The notes below the pieces were generated by a model. That model was given only the letters and a program-made list of their open reading frames with translations, did no database searches and was not told the DNA's origin. Position numbers and translations under genes: made by a program. 64,000 nt of DNA from the human T2T-CHM13v2.0 reference genome, Homo sapiens. The stretch is from the NCBI RefSeq assembly GCF_009914755.1, contig NC_060942.1. One strand, given 5' to 3'. Shown in pieces: positions 16,416 through 29,674 of this stretch (within the stretch, counting starts at the first letter, position 1; each line of letters opens with the position of its first letter).

Positions 16416-19400
16416 AAGATTCTTTTCTTCATTGTCTTAACTTAAGACAACGTGATGACAATGTGCCTAGGCAATGATCTTTTTATGATTAATTTCCCAG
16501 GTATTCTTTGTGCTTTTCTTGTATTTGGATGTCTAGGTCTCTAGCAAGGCCAGGGAAGTTTTCCTTGATTATTCCCCCAAATATACTTTCCAAACTTTTA
16601 GATTTATCTTCTTCCTCAGGAACACTGATTATTCTTAGGTTCAATCATTTAACATAATCCCAGACTTCTTGGAGGCTTTGTTCATATTTTCTTATTCTTT
16701 TTTCTTTGTCTTTGTTGGTTGGGTTAATTTGAAGACCTTGTCTTAGAGCTCTGAATTTCTTTCTTCTCCTTGTGCAATTCTATTGCTGAGACTTTCTAGA
16801 GCATTTTGCATTTAAATAAGTGTGTCAAATATTTCCTGAAGTTTTGAATTTTTTAAATTTATGCTATCTATTTCCTGAATATTTCTCCCTTCGCTTCTTG
16901 TATTGTTTTTTGGATTTCCTTGCATCGGGCTTTGCATTTCTCTGGTGCCTCCCTGATTAGCTTAATAACTAACCTCCTGAATTCTTTTTCAGGTAAATCA
17001 GGGATTTCTTCTTGGTTTGAATCCATTGCTGGTGAGGTAGTGTGATTTTGGGGGGATGTTAAAGAGCCTTGTTTTGTCATATTACCAGAGTTGGTTTTCT
17101 GGTTCCTTCTCATTTGGGTAGGCTCTGTCAGAGGGAAGATCCAGGGCTGAAGTGTGTTCAGGTTATTTTGTCCCATGGGGTGTTCCCTTGATGTAGTACT
17201 CTCCCCTTTTTCCTATGGATGTGGCTTCCTGAGAGTCAAACTATAGAGATTGTTATCAGTCTTCTGGGTCTAGCCACCCAGCAAGTCTACCAGGTTCCAG
17301 GCTGGTACTGGGGGTTGTCTGCACAGAGTCCTGTGATGTGAACCATCTATGGGTCTCTCAGCTGTGGATACCTCCACCTGTTCGGGTGGACTCTGTGAGG
17401 GTTCTTAGCTTTGGTGGCTTAATGCTCTATTTTTATGCTGGTTGGCCTTCTGCTGGGAGGTGGCACTTTCCAGAGAGCATCAGCTGTGATAGTATGGAGA
17501 GGAACTGGGGGTGGGCGGGGCCCTAGAACTCCCAAGATTATATGCTCTTTGTCTTCAGCTACCAGGGTGGGTAGGGAAGGACCATCAGGTGGGGGCGGGG
17601 CTAGGCATGTCTGAGCTTAGAATCTCCTTGGGTGGGTCTTGCTGTGGCTGCTGTGGGGGATGGGGTTGAGGTTCCCAGGTCAGTGGAGTTGTGTACCTAG
17701 GAGGATTATGGCTAACTCTGCTGAGTCATGCTGGTTGTCAGGGAAAAGGAGGAAAGTGGCAGTCATAGGCCTCACCCAGCTCCCACCAGCTCCCATGCAA
17801 TCTGTAGGGGTGGTCTCACTTCCACTGTGCCCCCGCCAACAGCACTGAGTCTGTTTCCAGGCAGTGGGCAAGCAGGGCTGAGAACTTGCCCCAGGCTACC
17901 CACCTCCCAGCTGCAAAAGAAAAGTGCTTTAGTTCTTCCCCCAGCTTGTGAAGTCTGCACATGAGATTCATGCCCTCCCCGAGTTCTGGCCAGGAGGCTT
18001 CTCAACCAGTTGAAATGTTACAAAGTTCAGCTGGAGACCTCCTTCTCCCTGTGGCATTTTCCCTGAGCTGCTGGCAGCCCTCCTGAAGGATCCCAGTGAT
18101 GCCAGGCAGGAATGGTCTGCTTGGTGACCCAGCAAGCTCCCAGGGCCTTTCCCGCTGTTTGCTCTGCCCCTGTATTTCACTCGATTCTTTAAATTGACTC
18201 AACTCCAGGTAAGGTTGGAATCTTCTCTTTCAAACTAGACCTTCAGTTTCCCCAGTGGGGATGTATGTCAGGGGCAGAGGAACTCCCTTTCCCACTTCTG
18301 CAGTTTGGGTACTTACAGTATTTGGGGTGTCTCCTGGATCCTGCAGGAGCAGTCCACTTCCTTCAAAGGGTCTGTGGGTCCTTTCAGGATTCCTGATTTA
18401 TTCCTGCAGCCGTTCTGGAGCTAAAATTCACAATGCGAGCCTCTGCATGCTGCTCTGTCCATCTGAGTCAGAGCTGCAGTCTAGTCCTGCCTCCCCTCTG
18501 CCATGACAATCCAAATCTAAATATTCATATTCTTTGAAGAACCCTGACTACTACAGATTGTGATACCTAGCATAGCTGAGGTTCCAGATGTAGTATCTTT
18601 ACTAGCACAAATCGATAGAATGACTAGCGCCTGGTATAAAAATACCTTCTTTTCTATTTCTATTAGTAAGTGGAATCAGAAATGGCTTGCACTTACATAG
18701 CAGGGACAGCAATATGCTATTACACTCTTGCTCCTTGGGTCACAAGTTGAGTTCTCCAGAAAGCACTCTCTGAGAAGGAGCTAAGCATTCAGAGTGTTAA
18801 TCAGCATAAACATATCTCCATAAAGATCAACACCTGCGGAAAGAGTACGGCAGATGTTTGCCCAAGGATGAGAGGGAAAATCTGTGAAAGTTCAAGAGCC
18901 TACAATATTGAGGTTTATGGAGGACAAGTGGTCTGAGTCATATTGGGACATCCATCTGAAGTAGAAGAGAAGTTACTGTACCTTGTACCACTCAGAATGC
19001 TTTATGGTCCTCTTTGGGTTATTGAGGCAACATCTGCCACATTAGGCATACTGTATCAACCCGCTTACTGGGTACCTTCATAAGTTGACAGTTTTGATTG
19101 GAACCTGAAATAAGAAAGAACTCTTAGACAGTTCAGGCTGCAGTTCATGCAGTCTTGCCACATGGACCCTGTGACCAAGCCAAACCAATGGCTCTGTCAG
19201 TGGCAGACAGAAGTGCTATGCAGAGCATCTGGCAAGCCCCAATAGAAGAATCACAAGATAGACACCCTAGAGTTTTGGAATAAGGCTATGTTCTATTCTG
19301 CCAACAACTATTCATTAGAGAAAAATATCCTGACTGTGCTGGTCTTGGAACAGATTGAATTCTTGACCATAGGATATCCAAATTGCCAAACTTCTGTTTT

Positions 19401-19468
19401 CTGATTCACTGAACCATAAAATTGGATGTGCACAGTGCATTGCATTATAAAATGGAAGTAGTATATAT

Positions 19469-19814
19469 CAGGGGGTCAGCAAATTTTATCTATCAAAGAC
19501 CAGTTAGTAAATATTTTAGGCTTTGTGGGCCATATGGTTCCTGCTGCAACTATTTAACTCTACTGCTGTGGCACAAAAGTGGCTATAAACAAGATGTAAA
19601 TGAATGAATATGGCAGTGTTCCAGTAAAACTTTATTTATTGCACTGAAATTTGAATTTCAGATAATTTTATGTATCATGAAATATTATTCTTATTTTGAT
19701 TTTTTTCCAGCCCTTTAAAAAATGGAAGGCCCATTCTTAGCTTGCAAAGAATGCAAGCTACAAAACAGGTGGCAGGCTGGATTTGGTCCATGGGCTGTGG
19801 TTTGTCAATTCCTG
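19469..19814. mobile_element. MER58B (hAT-Charlie) DNA transposon
   Basis: Ends cagggggtcagcaaa ... tttgtcaattcctg; perfect 8-bp TSD gtatatat (19461-19468, 19815-19822); 346 bp. Confidence 0.9.
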
Positions 19815-20499
19815 GTATATATGAAGCCATACCTGAGCAGGTACAGAAGGTACAACAAACTGTCCCAGGATAGCCAGTGGCTCCAACTCCCATCTGGCAT
19901 CTGCTCCTACTGCTTTGCCTTCAACCCTCTCTATGATGAATTAACTGCAGAGAAAAAGACGTAGGCTCAGTTTATGGATGGATCTGTCTGGTGTGCTGGC
20001 AATAGGAAAACAGGGATGCCTGCTGTACCACTATCCCACTGCTGGTGGGCTCAACCCTGAGCTGTATATACAGTTAATCACTTTGTGTGTGGGGAGAAAT
20101 GGCCTCAGAAGTAGATCTACATTCACTCAAGAGCAGTTGATAATAGTTTTTTACACTCAGGAACTTGGAAAGGACACTATTGGAATATTGATCACAATGT
20201 GGAAGGGGAGATAGAGATGTGGATGGGCTTCTTGGAATGAACAGAACATGAACATATTTGTGTCCCAGGTAAATGCCCATCAGAGACCATTCATAGTAGA
20301 AGAGCCTCTCAATAATCAGATGGACAAGGTGACTCATTCAGTCATTGTCAGTTACTCTTTTTCTCCAGACACTGAAGTGCATGCTTAATAGGCTATGGTG
20401 ACAGGAATAGTGGTTGTACATAGGCTTACCAACTGTGTCTAATCATCATCAAAGTTGTTTGACTATTACCACTTGCAGAGTGGTACAGACATTAACAGA

Positions 20500-21603
20500 C
20501 TGTGGTTGCTGTAATTGTCCATTAATAGTTAAAAGTGGACAAGAGAATAGCAAGAGATACCACAGGGGATTACTTGAGTGAGAAACATGTTTCTCTATGC
20601 CAAAACTGTTTAGTAGCAACTTCATAATTTTATAGTGATTTGTTAACTCCTTTGGTGCCTACTGCCCTACTGACACAATGATCCCAAAGTTACCAGATGC
20701 CAGCTGTAGATTTCAATTTAGTGAAACTCTTAATGTGTACCCTAAGAACGAGGGCCCCTGAACTCATAGAGCCTTGCAGAGATGAGAGGCACACATTCTC
20801 CAAGTGGGTTATGAGGAGTAGCAGTAGAAAGGGACACTCCTGTTTTTACTCCCTGATTCTCTGACCAACATATCCTACTGGGGTTACAGCATCCTATATC
20901 AGCATTGGTTTAAGGTATATACTGCATCCTGAAGAACATCCACTCATCATCAAAGAATGACATCTCTAAAATGGTGCCTTAGTTTCACCTTTAAGAGTCC
21001 ACTCTAGTGCTGTATCAAGCTGCTGGGTCCTGGATAACGATGAATATAATAAGACCAATGGAGTCCATGGTCATGAGCTCACTGACCTACCTCCTTTGCC
21101 AAACATTGTCCCTTGGTACAAAGTGATGTGAACCAGGAACACATGTTAGAAAACCTGACACTCAGGAGTTCTCATATAGGTATCAGTCACAGCATCATGG
21201 GCAGCAAAGTCAACCCCATGTTTGGAAAGCACGTCAATCCCTGTCGGTGTTAACAGTGCGGAAGGGGCCCAATAACTTGCCAACACTGGGCTAATTAGGT
21301 TCCCTCAGGGATATACTGAAGTGGGGTGTCAGCATTGCCTCTATTGACAGCAGGCCACACCACATACCCAGCAGTAGAAGTAGCTAGATCAGCCTTCGAA
21401 AGAGAAAGTCCAACTTATTAGGTGCCCCTGCATAGTATATATATATATATACACACATACACACACACATATATAGCTATATATATATATATATATATAA
21501 GTATATATATTAGTGTATATATATATATATATTAGTATATATATATATATACTAGATCAGCCTTGGAAAGAGAAAGTCCAACTTATTAGGTGCCCCTGCA
21601 TAG

Positions 21604-21639
<36 letters not shown>

Positions 21640-23530
21640 TAGCTATATATATCTATATCTATATCTATCTATATCTATCTATCTATATATATATAGCCAC
21701 TGTGGCTACAACTACATGACCAGTGTACAAACATCGGTGAGTCTGGGGAGAGAGCCAACCATCTACTGGCTGACTCTTCCTCTCCACTTAGTTGTTTTGT
21801 GCTTCAATTTCAGTGGAGGCTGTCTGGTGGGCATTGATGTGTGACACAAAGATCCTCTCCCTTTGTACCCTCCCCCATTGGTCTATCCCCATATTTCTTC
21901 CCTCAGATCTCTTTGTATTCAGTCTTTCAATCTTGCTTCTTTCAGTTCCTGACTAACTAGCCAAACTATTCAGCACTGCCACTGAGTCTATACATATTCT
22001 TAGGTTGGCTTCTTCTCCCTCCACCAAAAGCGCTGCTCACCAGGAGGATTTTCCCTTATCACTATTTAGGATCTCCACCCACCCCCCCGCCCGGGGTGCT
22101 ATAGTGGAATAGCAATCCATTTTTGATTCCTACCAAAATATTGAGCCATCCCATCTACGCAACAACCCTTGATCGACTAGTCATAGAGAACTCTGATAAG
22201 GCCACAGGAGCAAGCCGAAGGCAAGGTATATATGCAATAGTCATGGGTTACATGTGGTTCTGGGCTACCTATTCGTGCAGCTTACTTGTGCCCCTTAGGT
22301 CTGCCTGGGCTTGACACAAAATGCATCATTTTCATTGTATGACAGATTGCTCATGGGCCTTCGCAGTTTTATGAGTTGGTGGGTCTGACAGCACCCAATT
22401 CATAATGGGCACCTCCAGTCAAATACTCCCTTAGTGACCTTAGTGGTCATAGCTTGGTTTGCAACTAAACCTAATAATATGCCAGCAGTTGCTTTTAGCA
22501 TGGAAGATAGTTCTGTGCTGCACATGCATGGTCTTAATTCAGAACTTTAGGAGGTCCATATTGCAGCTTGCTATTGGAGCTTGCTAAGTACTCCTCATGA
22601 TTTATTGATCTATCATATATGCCTCTAGTATAATGGGGTATACCTTGTCATATGGCATAAGCAACAAGGTGGTTTGTACTACAGCCTGGCTTATGCTTGT
22701 ATTATAGTCCCACCAGAACAATCTGGGTCTCTTTCAAAACTGGCAGCCATCTGCATCACTTGGTAAATGGATTGGAACAGTATTCCCAAGTGTAGTATGT
22801 CACCTCCAAAACATGAAGAGGCCTACCGAATGCTATGCTTCATGGTGTTAGAAGATGCCAAGTGCAATAACTTGCCCCTTACCTTAGAGGCAATGTCCTG
22901 GCATGCCCCAGACTATTGGACTCTTGAAAAAGTCACTGTCGTGGCGTTCTTTAAATTTGTATAGAACTTATATCCCTCCCTCTGGAATACCTGGGTCTTA
23001 TCAGACCATCCAGAGTACTTACCGCTTCTTACTCATCTGGTCTGATTAACATGATATCAACAATATAACAGATACATGTAATGTTGTCTAGAATGTTCAG
23101 ATGGTCCAGGTTCATTTGGCCTTTATCATGATAAACGGCAGGAGAGCTGAAGGACAAGACTGCAGATATAATCTGTTGTCCATCTTAGTTAAATCTGAAT
23201 TGCTTCTGATGCTTCTTTCTCATGGGTATTAAAGGGAATGCATTCAATAGTGCATTCGGTACCAGAAGCTGAGACTGGAGTTTGTCCTTGGATACATTTG
23301 TGGTGGTCCTCTGTCTTCTGACCTACCCAGTTTTCTGAGGGCCAGACTGGTGAAATAAATGGGAGTACAATAGTGGGACTAAGACCTCCCATTCTACCCA
23401 GGATGTGGCATTGTTTTTAGGTTACTGGGGGATGAATTGGAAGCAGAGATTGTTCCATCATAACTTTAGCTTCCTCCTGCCACGGAATTGATAGGGAAGG
23501 AGGTTGTTATTTTTCAGACAGAGAGAAGCC
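20500..23530 (-). mobile_element. Second, antisense ERVL-class pol segment (RT-RNase H-integrase-dUTPase remnants)
   Basis: Minus strand 23067-23044 reads Y-I-V-D-I-M-L-I (cf. ERVL YIDDIMLI); integrase-like VLQDAVYTLNQ near 20.9 kb; dUTPase-like sequence at 20.5-20.7 kb. Confidence 0.72.
21384..21695. repeat. Tandem duplication of a 52-bp unique segment plus a (TA)n/(CA)n compound microsatellite
   Basis: ctagatcagcctt[c/g]gaaagagaaagtccaacttattaggtgcccctgcatag at 21384 and 21552, each followed by TA/CA/TA tracts. Confidence 0.95.
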
Positions 23531-23533
23531 AGT

Positions 23534-24075
23534 TGTCAGGGTGTTCAGTTAACACTATGAGCAAAACTGAAAGTAATACTTTATTCACTTTCTTTGACAG
23601 TATAAACAAGAGGCTAAACAAGAAAGGGTGACAGCTCCCCAACATCCCACTTACCCCTTATGAAATGGCATGGGCAAGGGTAGGATGCATCCATGCTGAC
23701 TAGGGGATTGTCTCATGCTGGAAGAGCTCTGAATAAAAAGTTCCTGCTGTTTTATGTTCTCTGGGACTGATGAGGAGGAGAGGTAGAAGGCCTAGTGGTA
23801 GAAAAGTATAGAATCCTGAGTCAGACTGGAAAAGAGTGTTGAGGGCCCCTCAATAAGGAGGCTTTGTCAGAAGCATCTGAACAATGTCTCACTGGAGGCC
23901 TGTCCCAATAAAAAGGCTTCCAAATGGTGGCACCAAGGCAGGAATACAGATAGGCACAAGAGCATGGCTGACCCAGCAGGCCTGAATTCTTGCCTGTAAC
24001 TCCCTGCAAAGATGGCAATGCAGTAGCTGTGCACTGAGTCTGGTGTGGGGAAAACAGATATCCTCCCCCGCCCCA
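23534..24075 (-). mobile_element. Probable old LTR (family not identified)
   Basis: Begins tgtcagg with tttatt (minus-strand AATAAA) ~45 bp in; lies at the 5' side of the antisense ERVL segment. Boundaries uncertain. Confidence 0.4.
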
Positions 24076-24169
24076 TGCTACCACCCACCCTCCTACCTCC
24101 CCAGCCTTTGAAATTGCCTCTGACAGGGCCTGAAAGATTACACATAGGATTTTGACTTGTAGCCAAACT

Positions 24170-24480
24170 CCCCAGTTATTGTGCCGCCTGGATAATTGAT
24201 CATGGGGGAAATTGGGTTGCTGCTACACCATGGAAAAAGGAGGACTATGTCTGGAACTCAGAGGGCTTTCTTTTGGTGGGTGGGGCTTGTACTCCTTTTT
24301 GTTTAGAATTCCTTTCTAATGGTTTTATTGATAGAAAACTGAGACAGTTTAATAAAGACAAGACCACCAAAGACTTGTGTACATAAGTGAAGTTTTTGGT
24401 CTCTACCAGGTGAAGAAGCCCATTCAACTGAGGTGCTGGCAGAGAGTAAGGGGAACATGGAACGGGTAGAGGAGAGAGGC
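24170..24480 (+). mobile_element. ERVL internal dUTPase/3' remnant (plus-strand provirus resumes)
   Basis: gggggaaattgggttgctgctacaccatggaaaaaggaggactatgtctggaactcag resembles the ERVL dUTPase C-terminal region. Confidence 0.65.
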
Positions 24481-24489
24481 TGTTCTGAT

Positions 24490-24591
24490 GACTAGCCTAA
24501 GACACACACACACACACACCAGTAGTAGCTATATGTACACCATGTAATTGCTAAATGTCACCTAACTAGTCATTGCTGAATGACTATCCTA

Positions 24592-24635
<44 letters not shown>

Positions 24636-24666
24636 AGGAGTAGTTATGCATATATCACTAGACTAG

Positions 24667-24703
<37 letters not shown>

Positions 24704-24740
24704 GTTATGCATACATCATGTAATTGCTAAATGTCAATTT
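24490..24740. repeat. Three (CA)n tracts with repeated flanking motifs
   Basis: Each tract is preceded by gacta(g/t)cc and followed by agtag(c/t)tat; catgtaattgctaaatgtca occurs twice. Confidence 0.9.
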
Positions 24741-24953
24741 AGCTCAGTTCAATCGTTCAACATGAATTTTGTATTGAGAGAACATATCCTACTCTACCAT
24801 TCTATTCCAACTGCTTTTGAGATTACATGGCATAAGCATGCAAACCTGCTATGATTTTGTAGCTGATGGGACTTCATGTGTACTGTGGCTTGAGACCTAA
24901 AGTTTTCAAATGAGTGGAGGAGAACGGGATGTGGAGGGGCAGAAAATGGGAAC

Positions 24954-25410
24954 TGTGATAGATAGCTTCCATTTGTTCTAGATCCTCTTGCCATGTTTTT
25001 CCAGCATACTGTTTGCTCCAGGAGGCAGTTCTGTATGAATAACATCAAAAATCCTTCTTGCCTTCTGTTTTCTCACTGAGCTTGGCCAATGAGGAGACCA
25101 AGTAGGAGAATAAGAGGAGGGAGGGGTATGAGGTGAGGGTATATATTTTTTCAGCTTTCTCTCTGCAGGTTTGCCTTAAGTTGGCTGTGACCCTTGCCCA
25201 AGGTCATGGTTCCTCCCAAGGTGGTCTCTTTCCCATAATACTCCCCTTTGGGTTTACAGTAACTGCTCTCTTCCTTCATTCTTCAGGTCTAGGGGTATTA
25301 ACAGCTCCTAGCCCCTGGGTTCTGTGCTATCCTTTACATTTTTCCTGCACCTTATCCATGGCTGTGTAAATACTTATTTTGGTAAACCTGGCTTGAATTA
25401 TCCCCATTTA
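24954..25410 (+). mobile_element. LTR33-like ERVL-class 3' LTR
   Basis: Preceded by a polypurine tract (ggaggggcagaaaatgggaac); starts tgtgata; collinear with 9855-10369 (ccaatgaggagacc, gggtatatatt, ttcaggtctaggggt). Confidence 0.7.
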
Positions 25411-27379
25411 CTAAGATGCTTCCCAGCTCACCTTCTTCAATGGAGCCTCCATACTACTATAAGTGATATTTCTGAAAGGCAAATTTTAGCACACCCCTCC
25501 TCTTCCTAAAATTCTTAATGGCTCTCTGTCACCTACAGAAAGATAGCATGGCTATCTATTTAAGGACCACTCTCCAGCTACCTGACACCGTTTCCTCCTA
25601 CACACTCTGCCTTCCAGCGACACTGAACCATGTACAGCCCCCGCAGAGGAGATTCTCTTTTTGCTCATTAAAAGATGAGCTAGAGTTCTTGAATGTCTGT
25701 GGTCTGTTTCTTCCTTGGGCTTCAGAGTAACTGGTCTAAATCATTCTCCTTTTGGAGTAAAATCTTCCCTTCTTCCCTTGGATGTCATCATTTCCTCTGA
25801 GTTTTAATCCTTACTTCCTTCCCCTGTAGAAAACCTCCCTCACGAGAGGAGGCAAATCTTTTTTTGAATTTCTGAACTGCCATGATACACTGGAGACCCA
25901 TAGTAACTTAATTATTCCTCCAATTCCAGCTAAACTCTCAAGAAATCTCTGAGTAAATAAATTATCAGATTAGGGTTTTAAGCCCACACTTATTTTAAGA
26001 TGCAACAAATTAATTAAAAATTAATTTGATCAAAATCCAGAATGTATACAAGATAAGCAAATAGAACCGTGCATACCATCATATATTGTCCACGAGTTAA
26101 GCTAGTCTGCTGCTTTTAACACTCTAAAACTGGATAGAAAGCAATAACTGACTTAGGCCAAAATATAGGTAGGCAGCAAGTATAAATTGATACTCTTTTA
26201 TGCTATAAAACCTAATATACATACAGAAAAAAAAAACCTCCACAAATAGGCTTAATTTTTAGTTCAGGTTATAGTAGCCAATAGAGCTAGAATTGAGGGT
26301 TTCTTATAATTGGTTTGTATGAGCCATGCTGCTCTGTGGCCCCAGACTGTGCCACAAAAATATCTGCTGCAAAATGAATGTCTGCTTTTTATATAAAAAA
26401 GTGCTGCAAATTATAATATGTGTGTTCGGATACAAAGAAAATTAGCATATCTTTTCTATCTCTTTTTATACAAAAAAACATAAACAGGACCAAAAAACAA
26501 TAGATACAGTGTCTAAGAGCTCTTTTTAATAATGATTTTTCAATTTTCTCTTTGGAGAAGCTTCTGAGTTCCTCCCTTGTACTTCAATGGGCAAGAGTAG
26601 GAAAGAAGCAGAACAGATTATTCATCTTATGTGACTTGGAGTTTGTAGGCTTCACCATAAGCTCATATTGGCTTTTAGTCGAAATACTGAATATAAGAGC
26701 AAATATACTTGCACTAGCATCTTTTGTCTTATTTTCATGTGATCTGGACAAAAGTGAAGAAGACTGGATTGCTTGCTGGAATTCAGGGGAAAAATGTCAA
26801 TTTAGCCCAGTGCAATCATTCAGCATGAATTCTGTATTGAAAGAGCAACATAACCTACTCCACTGTTCAATTCCAAATAATATTTAATTGCTTTCTGAAC
26901 CTCTTCCAACTTCAATTAGTGTTAATTTAGTGTGTAACTAAATACATTACCCTAAAATAATTAGGAATGGTACAGTGTCCTCCATAACATATGTGATTTG
27001 TATTAGCAGCCTTGGTTCAGAAAAGTCTTAAGCTGGGAAACAGACACAAACTACTCAAAATGATCTCTCAACCTCCCCCCTCTCCCGGCTCCGTCAACCC
27101 AACCCACAAGACAAACACAGGGACTTAATTAGCAACAGAGTATTTTAGTCATTTATGGGGCACAGGCTCTTATTGGTTATATAGGATATGGTCCAAATGC
27201 CTTGGCGTGATATACTAGGCCCTTCATGATCTGACTTCTACTTCATCCTACACTCCAATTCCAGCAATGTGACATGGTTTTCTCCCACACCTCTGTATTT
27301 TTGTTTTTGTAGTGCTATCTCCCTAAAATGCCCTCACCATCTAACTGAACCACTTGGCCTCCACCTCCTCACACCTTCA

Positions 27380-27657
27380 TCCCTGCTGGACTGTGGTTTA
27401 GCAGTGGCTTTGCTCCTCTGACCAACGCCACAGCTCCCATGGCTACAGCTTTCGCTTGACACTGGAAACAAACCTCCGCATCCTTTTCAGCCTGGGGGTG
27501 TTAACTTATTCCCCTTCCTGTTCATCCTTGGGACCTTCACCATCCCTGTGAGCTCCTTTAACCCTGACCTGTCTCGTTAAATAGTCCTTCCAGTAAACCC
27601 TTGTCATGTAGCCTTTGAGTGTGCTATTTCTCTCTTGCTGGGACGATGACTAATACA
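27380..27657 (+). mobile_element. LTR33-like partial LTR
   Basis: 3' end tttgagtgtgctatttctctcttgctgggacgatgactaataca; internal cttcaccatccctg and taaatagtccttcc. Confidence 0.65.
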
Positions 27658-27785
27658 GTTAGGTTCTTTATGACACCACCTCTTTGGGTAGAATGGAAGT
27701 TTTGTGCTCTCACTGAACCCACTGCAGACTTATATCATGCAACCAGGCATATTTGATTGCACCATTTATTAAGAAGTTTATGTTC

Positions 27786-27920
27786 GGCCGGATGCAGTGG
27801 CTCACACCTGAAATCTCAGCACTTTGGGAGGCCGAGGTGGGCAGATCACTTGAGGCCAGCAGTTTGAAATCAGCCTGGCCAAAATGGCGAGACCCTATCT
27901 CTATTAAAAATGCAAAAACT
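27786..27920 (+). mobile_element. Alu left arm (host of the WBP11 retrocopy)
   Basis: ggccggatgcagtggctc...tctctattaaaaatgcaaaaact; the right arm resumes at ~30649. Confidence 0.92.
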
Positions 27921-27944
27921 GGAGAGACAGCGGGACGGAGGAAT

Positions 27945-27996
27945 GGGAAATGACGTAAGGATTGCAGAGGGGCGCGAGGTTTCAAGATGGCGGGGC
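27945..27996 (+). promoter_or_regulatory. Retrocopied promoter-proximal motifs (CRE-like and YY1)
   Basis: tgacgtaa at 27951-27958 and caagatggcgg at 27983-27993 within a locally CpG-rich stretch. Function not shown. Confidence 0.4.
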
Positions 27997-29583
27997 TGAA
28001 GGGTTGACCGCCAGGCTGAATTGAAGGCCCTTACAAAGTGAAAGAGGGCAGGAATCGCACCTCTTGGCTGCTCGCAGTCCTGGGAGCACAGCAGAAGTGT
28101 TTTTCTTTTCTTTTCTTTTTCTTTTTTTTTAAATGAACAAGTAAACCATACAAATTGTCAACATGGGAAGGAGATCTGCATCATCCACCAAGAGTGGAAA
28201 ATTTATGAACCCCACAGACCAAGCCCGAAAGGAAGCCCGGAACAGAAGAACAAAAAACAGCTCATGATGGTTTGAGCTGCAGTTTTAAAGATGAAGGATC
28301 CCAAACAGATGATCCGAGACATGGAGAAATTGGATGAAATGGAGTTTAACCCAGTGCAACAGCCACAATTAAATGAGAAAGTACTGAAAGACAAGCGTAA
28401 AAATAGCTGTGTGAAACCTTTGAACATATTCTATGATTCTATGAAAAAGAGGATCCAGATATTTAGAAAGAATTGAGAAAGCTAGAAATAGAGTATGAAC
28501 AGAAGAGGACTCAACCAATATTTGAATGCTGTCGAGAATGCCCAGCACGTGGAAGTGGAGAGTATTCCTTTACCAGATATGCCACATGCTTCTTCTAACA
28601 TTTTGATCCAGGAAATTCCACTTCCTGGTGCCCAGCCACCCTCCATCCTTAAGAAACCCTCAGCCTATGGACCTCCAACTCAGGCAGTTTCTATCCTTCT
28701 CTTCTTGGGACGTGGTGTTCCACATTTGCCTCCTGGCAGAAAACCTCTTGGCCCTCCCCCTGGTCCACCCCCTCCTCAAGTCGTGCAGATGTATGGCCGT
28801 AAAGTGGGTGTTGCCCTAGATCTTCCCCCTCCTAGGTGAGATGAAGGCATGGTACATAGTCCTGAAATTGCCCAGCGAGGTCATGATGATGATGTTTTTA
28901 GCACCAGTGAAGATGATGGCTATCCTGAGGACGTGGATCAAGATAAGCATGATGACAGTACTGATGACAGTGACACCGACGGATCAGATTGAGAAAGTGT
29001 GCGCCATGATGATGGTGGGAGAGACAACAATGAAAAAAAGAAGTCAGGTCTGAGTGTACGGTTTGCAGATATGCCTGGAAAATCAAGGAAGAAAAAAACC
29101 ATGAAGGAACTGACTCCTCTTCAAGCCACGATGCTTCGTATGGCAGGTCAAGAAATCCCTGAGGAGGGACGGGAAGTAGAGGAATTTTCAGAGGACAATG
29201 ATGAAGATGATTCTGATGACTCTAAAGCAGAAAAACAATCACAAAAACACAATCAAGAGGAACTGCATTCTGATGGCACATCCACTGCTTCTTCACAGCA
29301 GCAGGCTCCCCGGCAGTCTGTTCCTCCTTCTCAGGTACAAGCACCTCCCATGCTTCACCATTACGGCCTCCTAGGCCACCTATGAACCTTCCCCCTGGAC
29401 CACCTCCAGGAGCTCCTCCTGAGACCACCTGGAATGCCAGGACTCGGCCTTTACCCTGACTTTTACCTCCACGACCACCGACTTTTACTACCTCCCCCAC
29501 GTCTACCTCCAAGTCTGCCCCCTGGTCCCCCTCCTCGGGAACCCCCACCAAGGATACCTCCCCCTGCACCTCCAGGTATTCCT

Positions 29584-29674
29584 GGAGTTTGTAGGCTTCA
29601 CCATAAGCTCATTTTGGCTTTTAGTCCAAATACCAAATACAAGAGCAAATATACTTGCTAATGCAAGATATTTT
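29584..29674 (+). other. Non-WBP11 templated insertion copied from 26637-26712
   Basis: 29583-29658 matches 26637-26712 at 71/76 nt without gaps; followed by a short fold-back. Confidence 0.93.

Noticed and set aside
21384-24740. Repeat-spacer patterns as a CRISPR-like array
   Set aside because: Only 2-3 units, the spacers are microsatellites, the DNA is primate and there are no cas genes.
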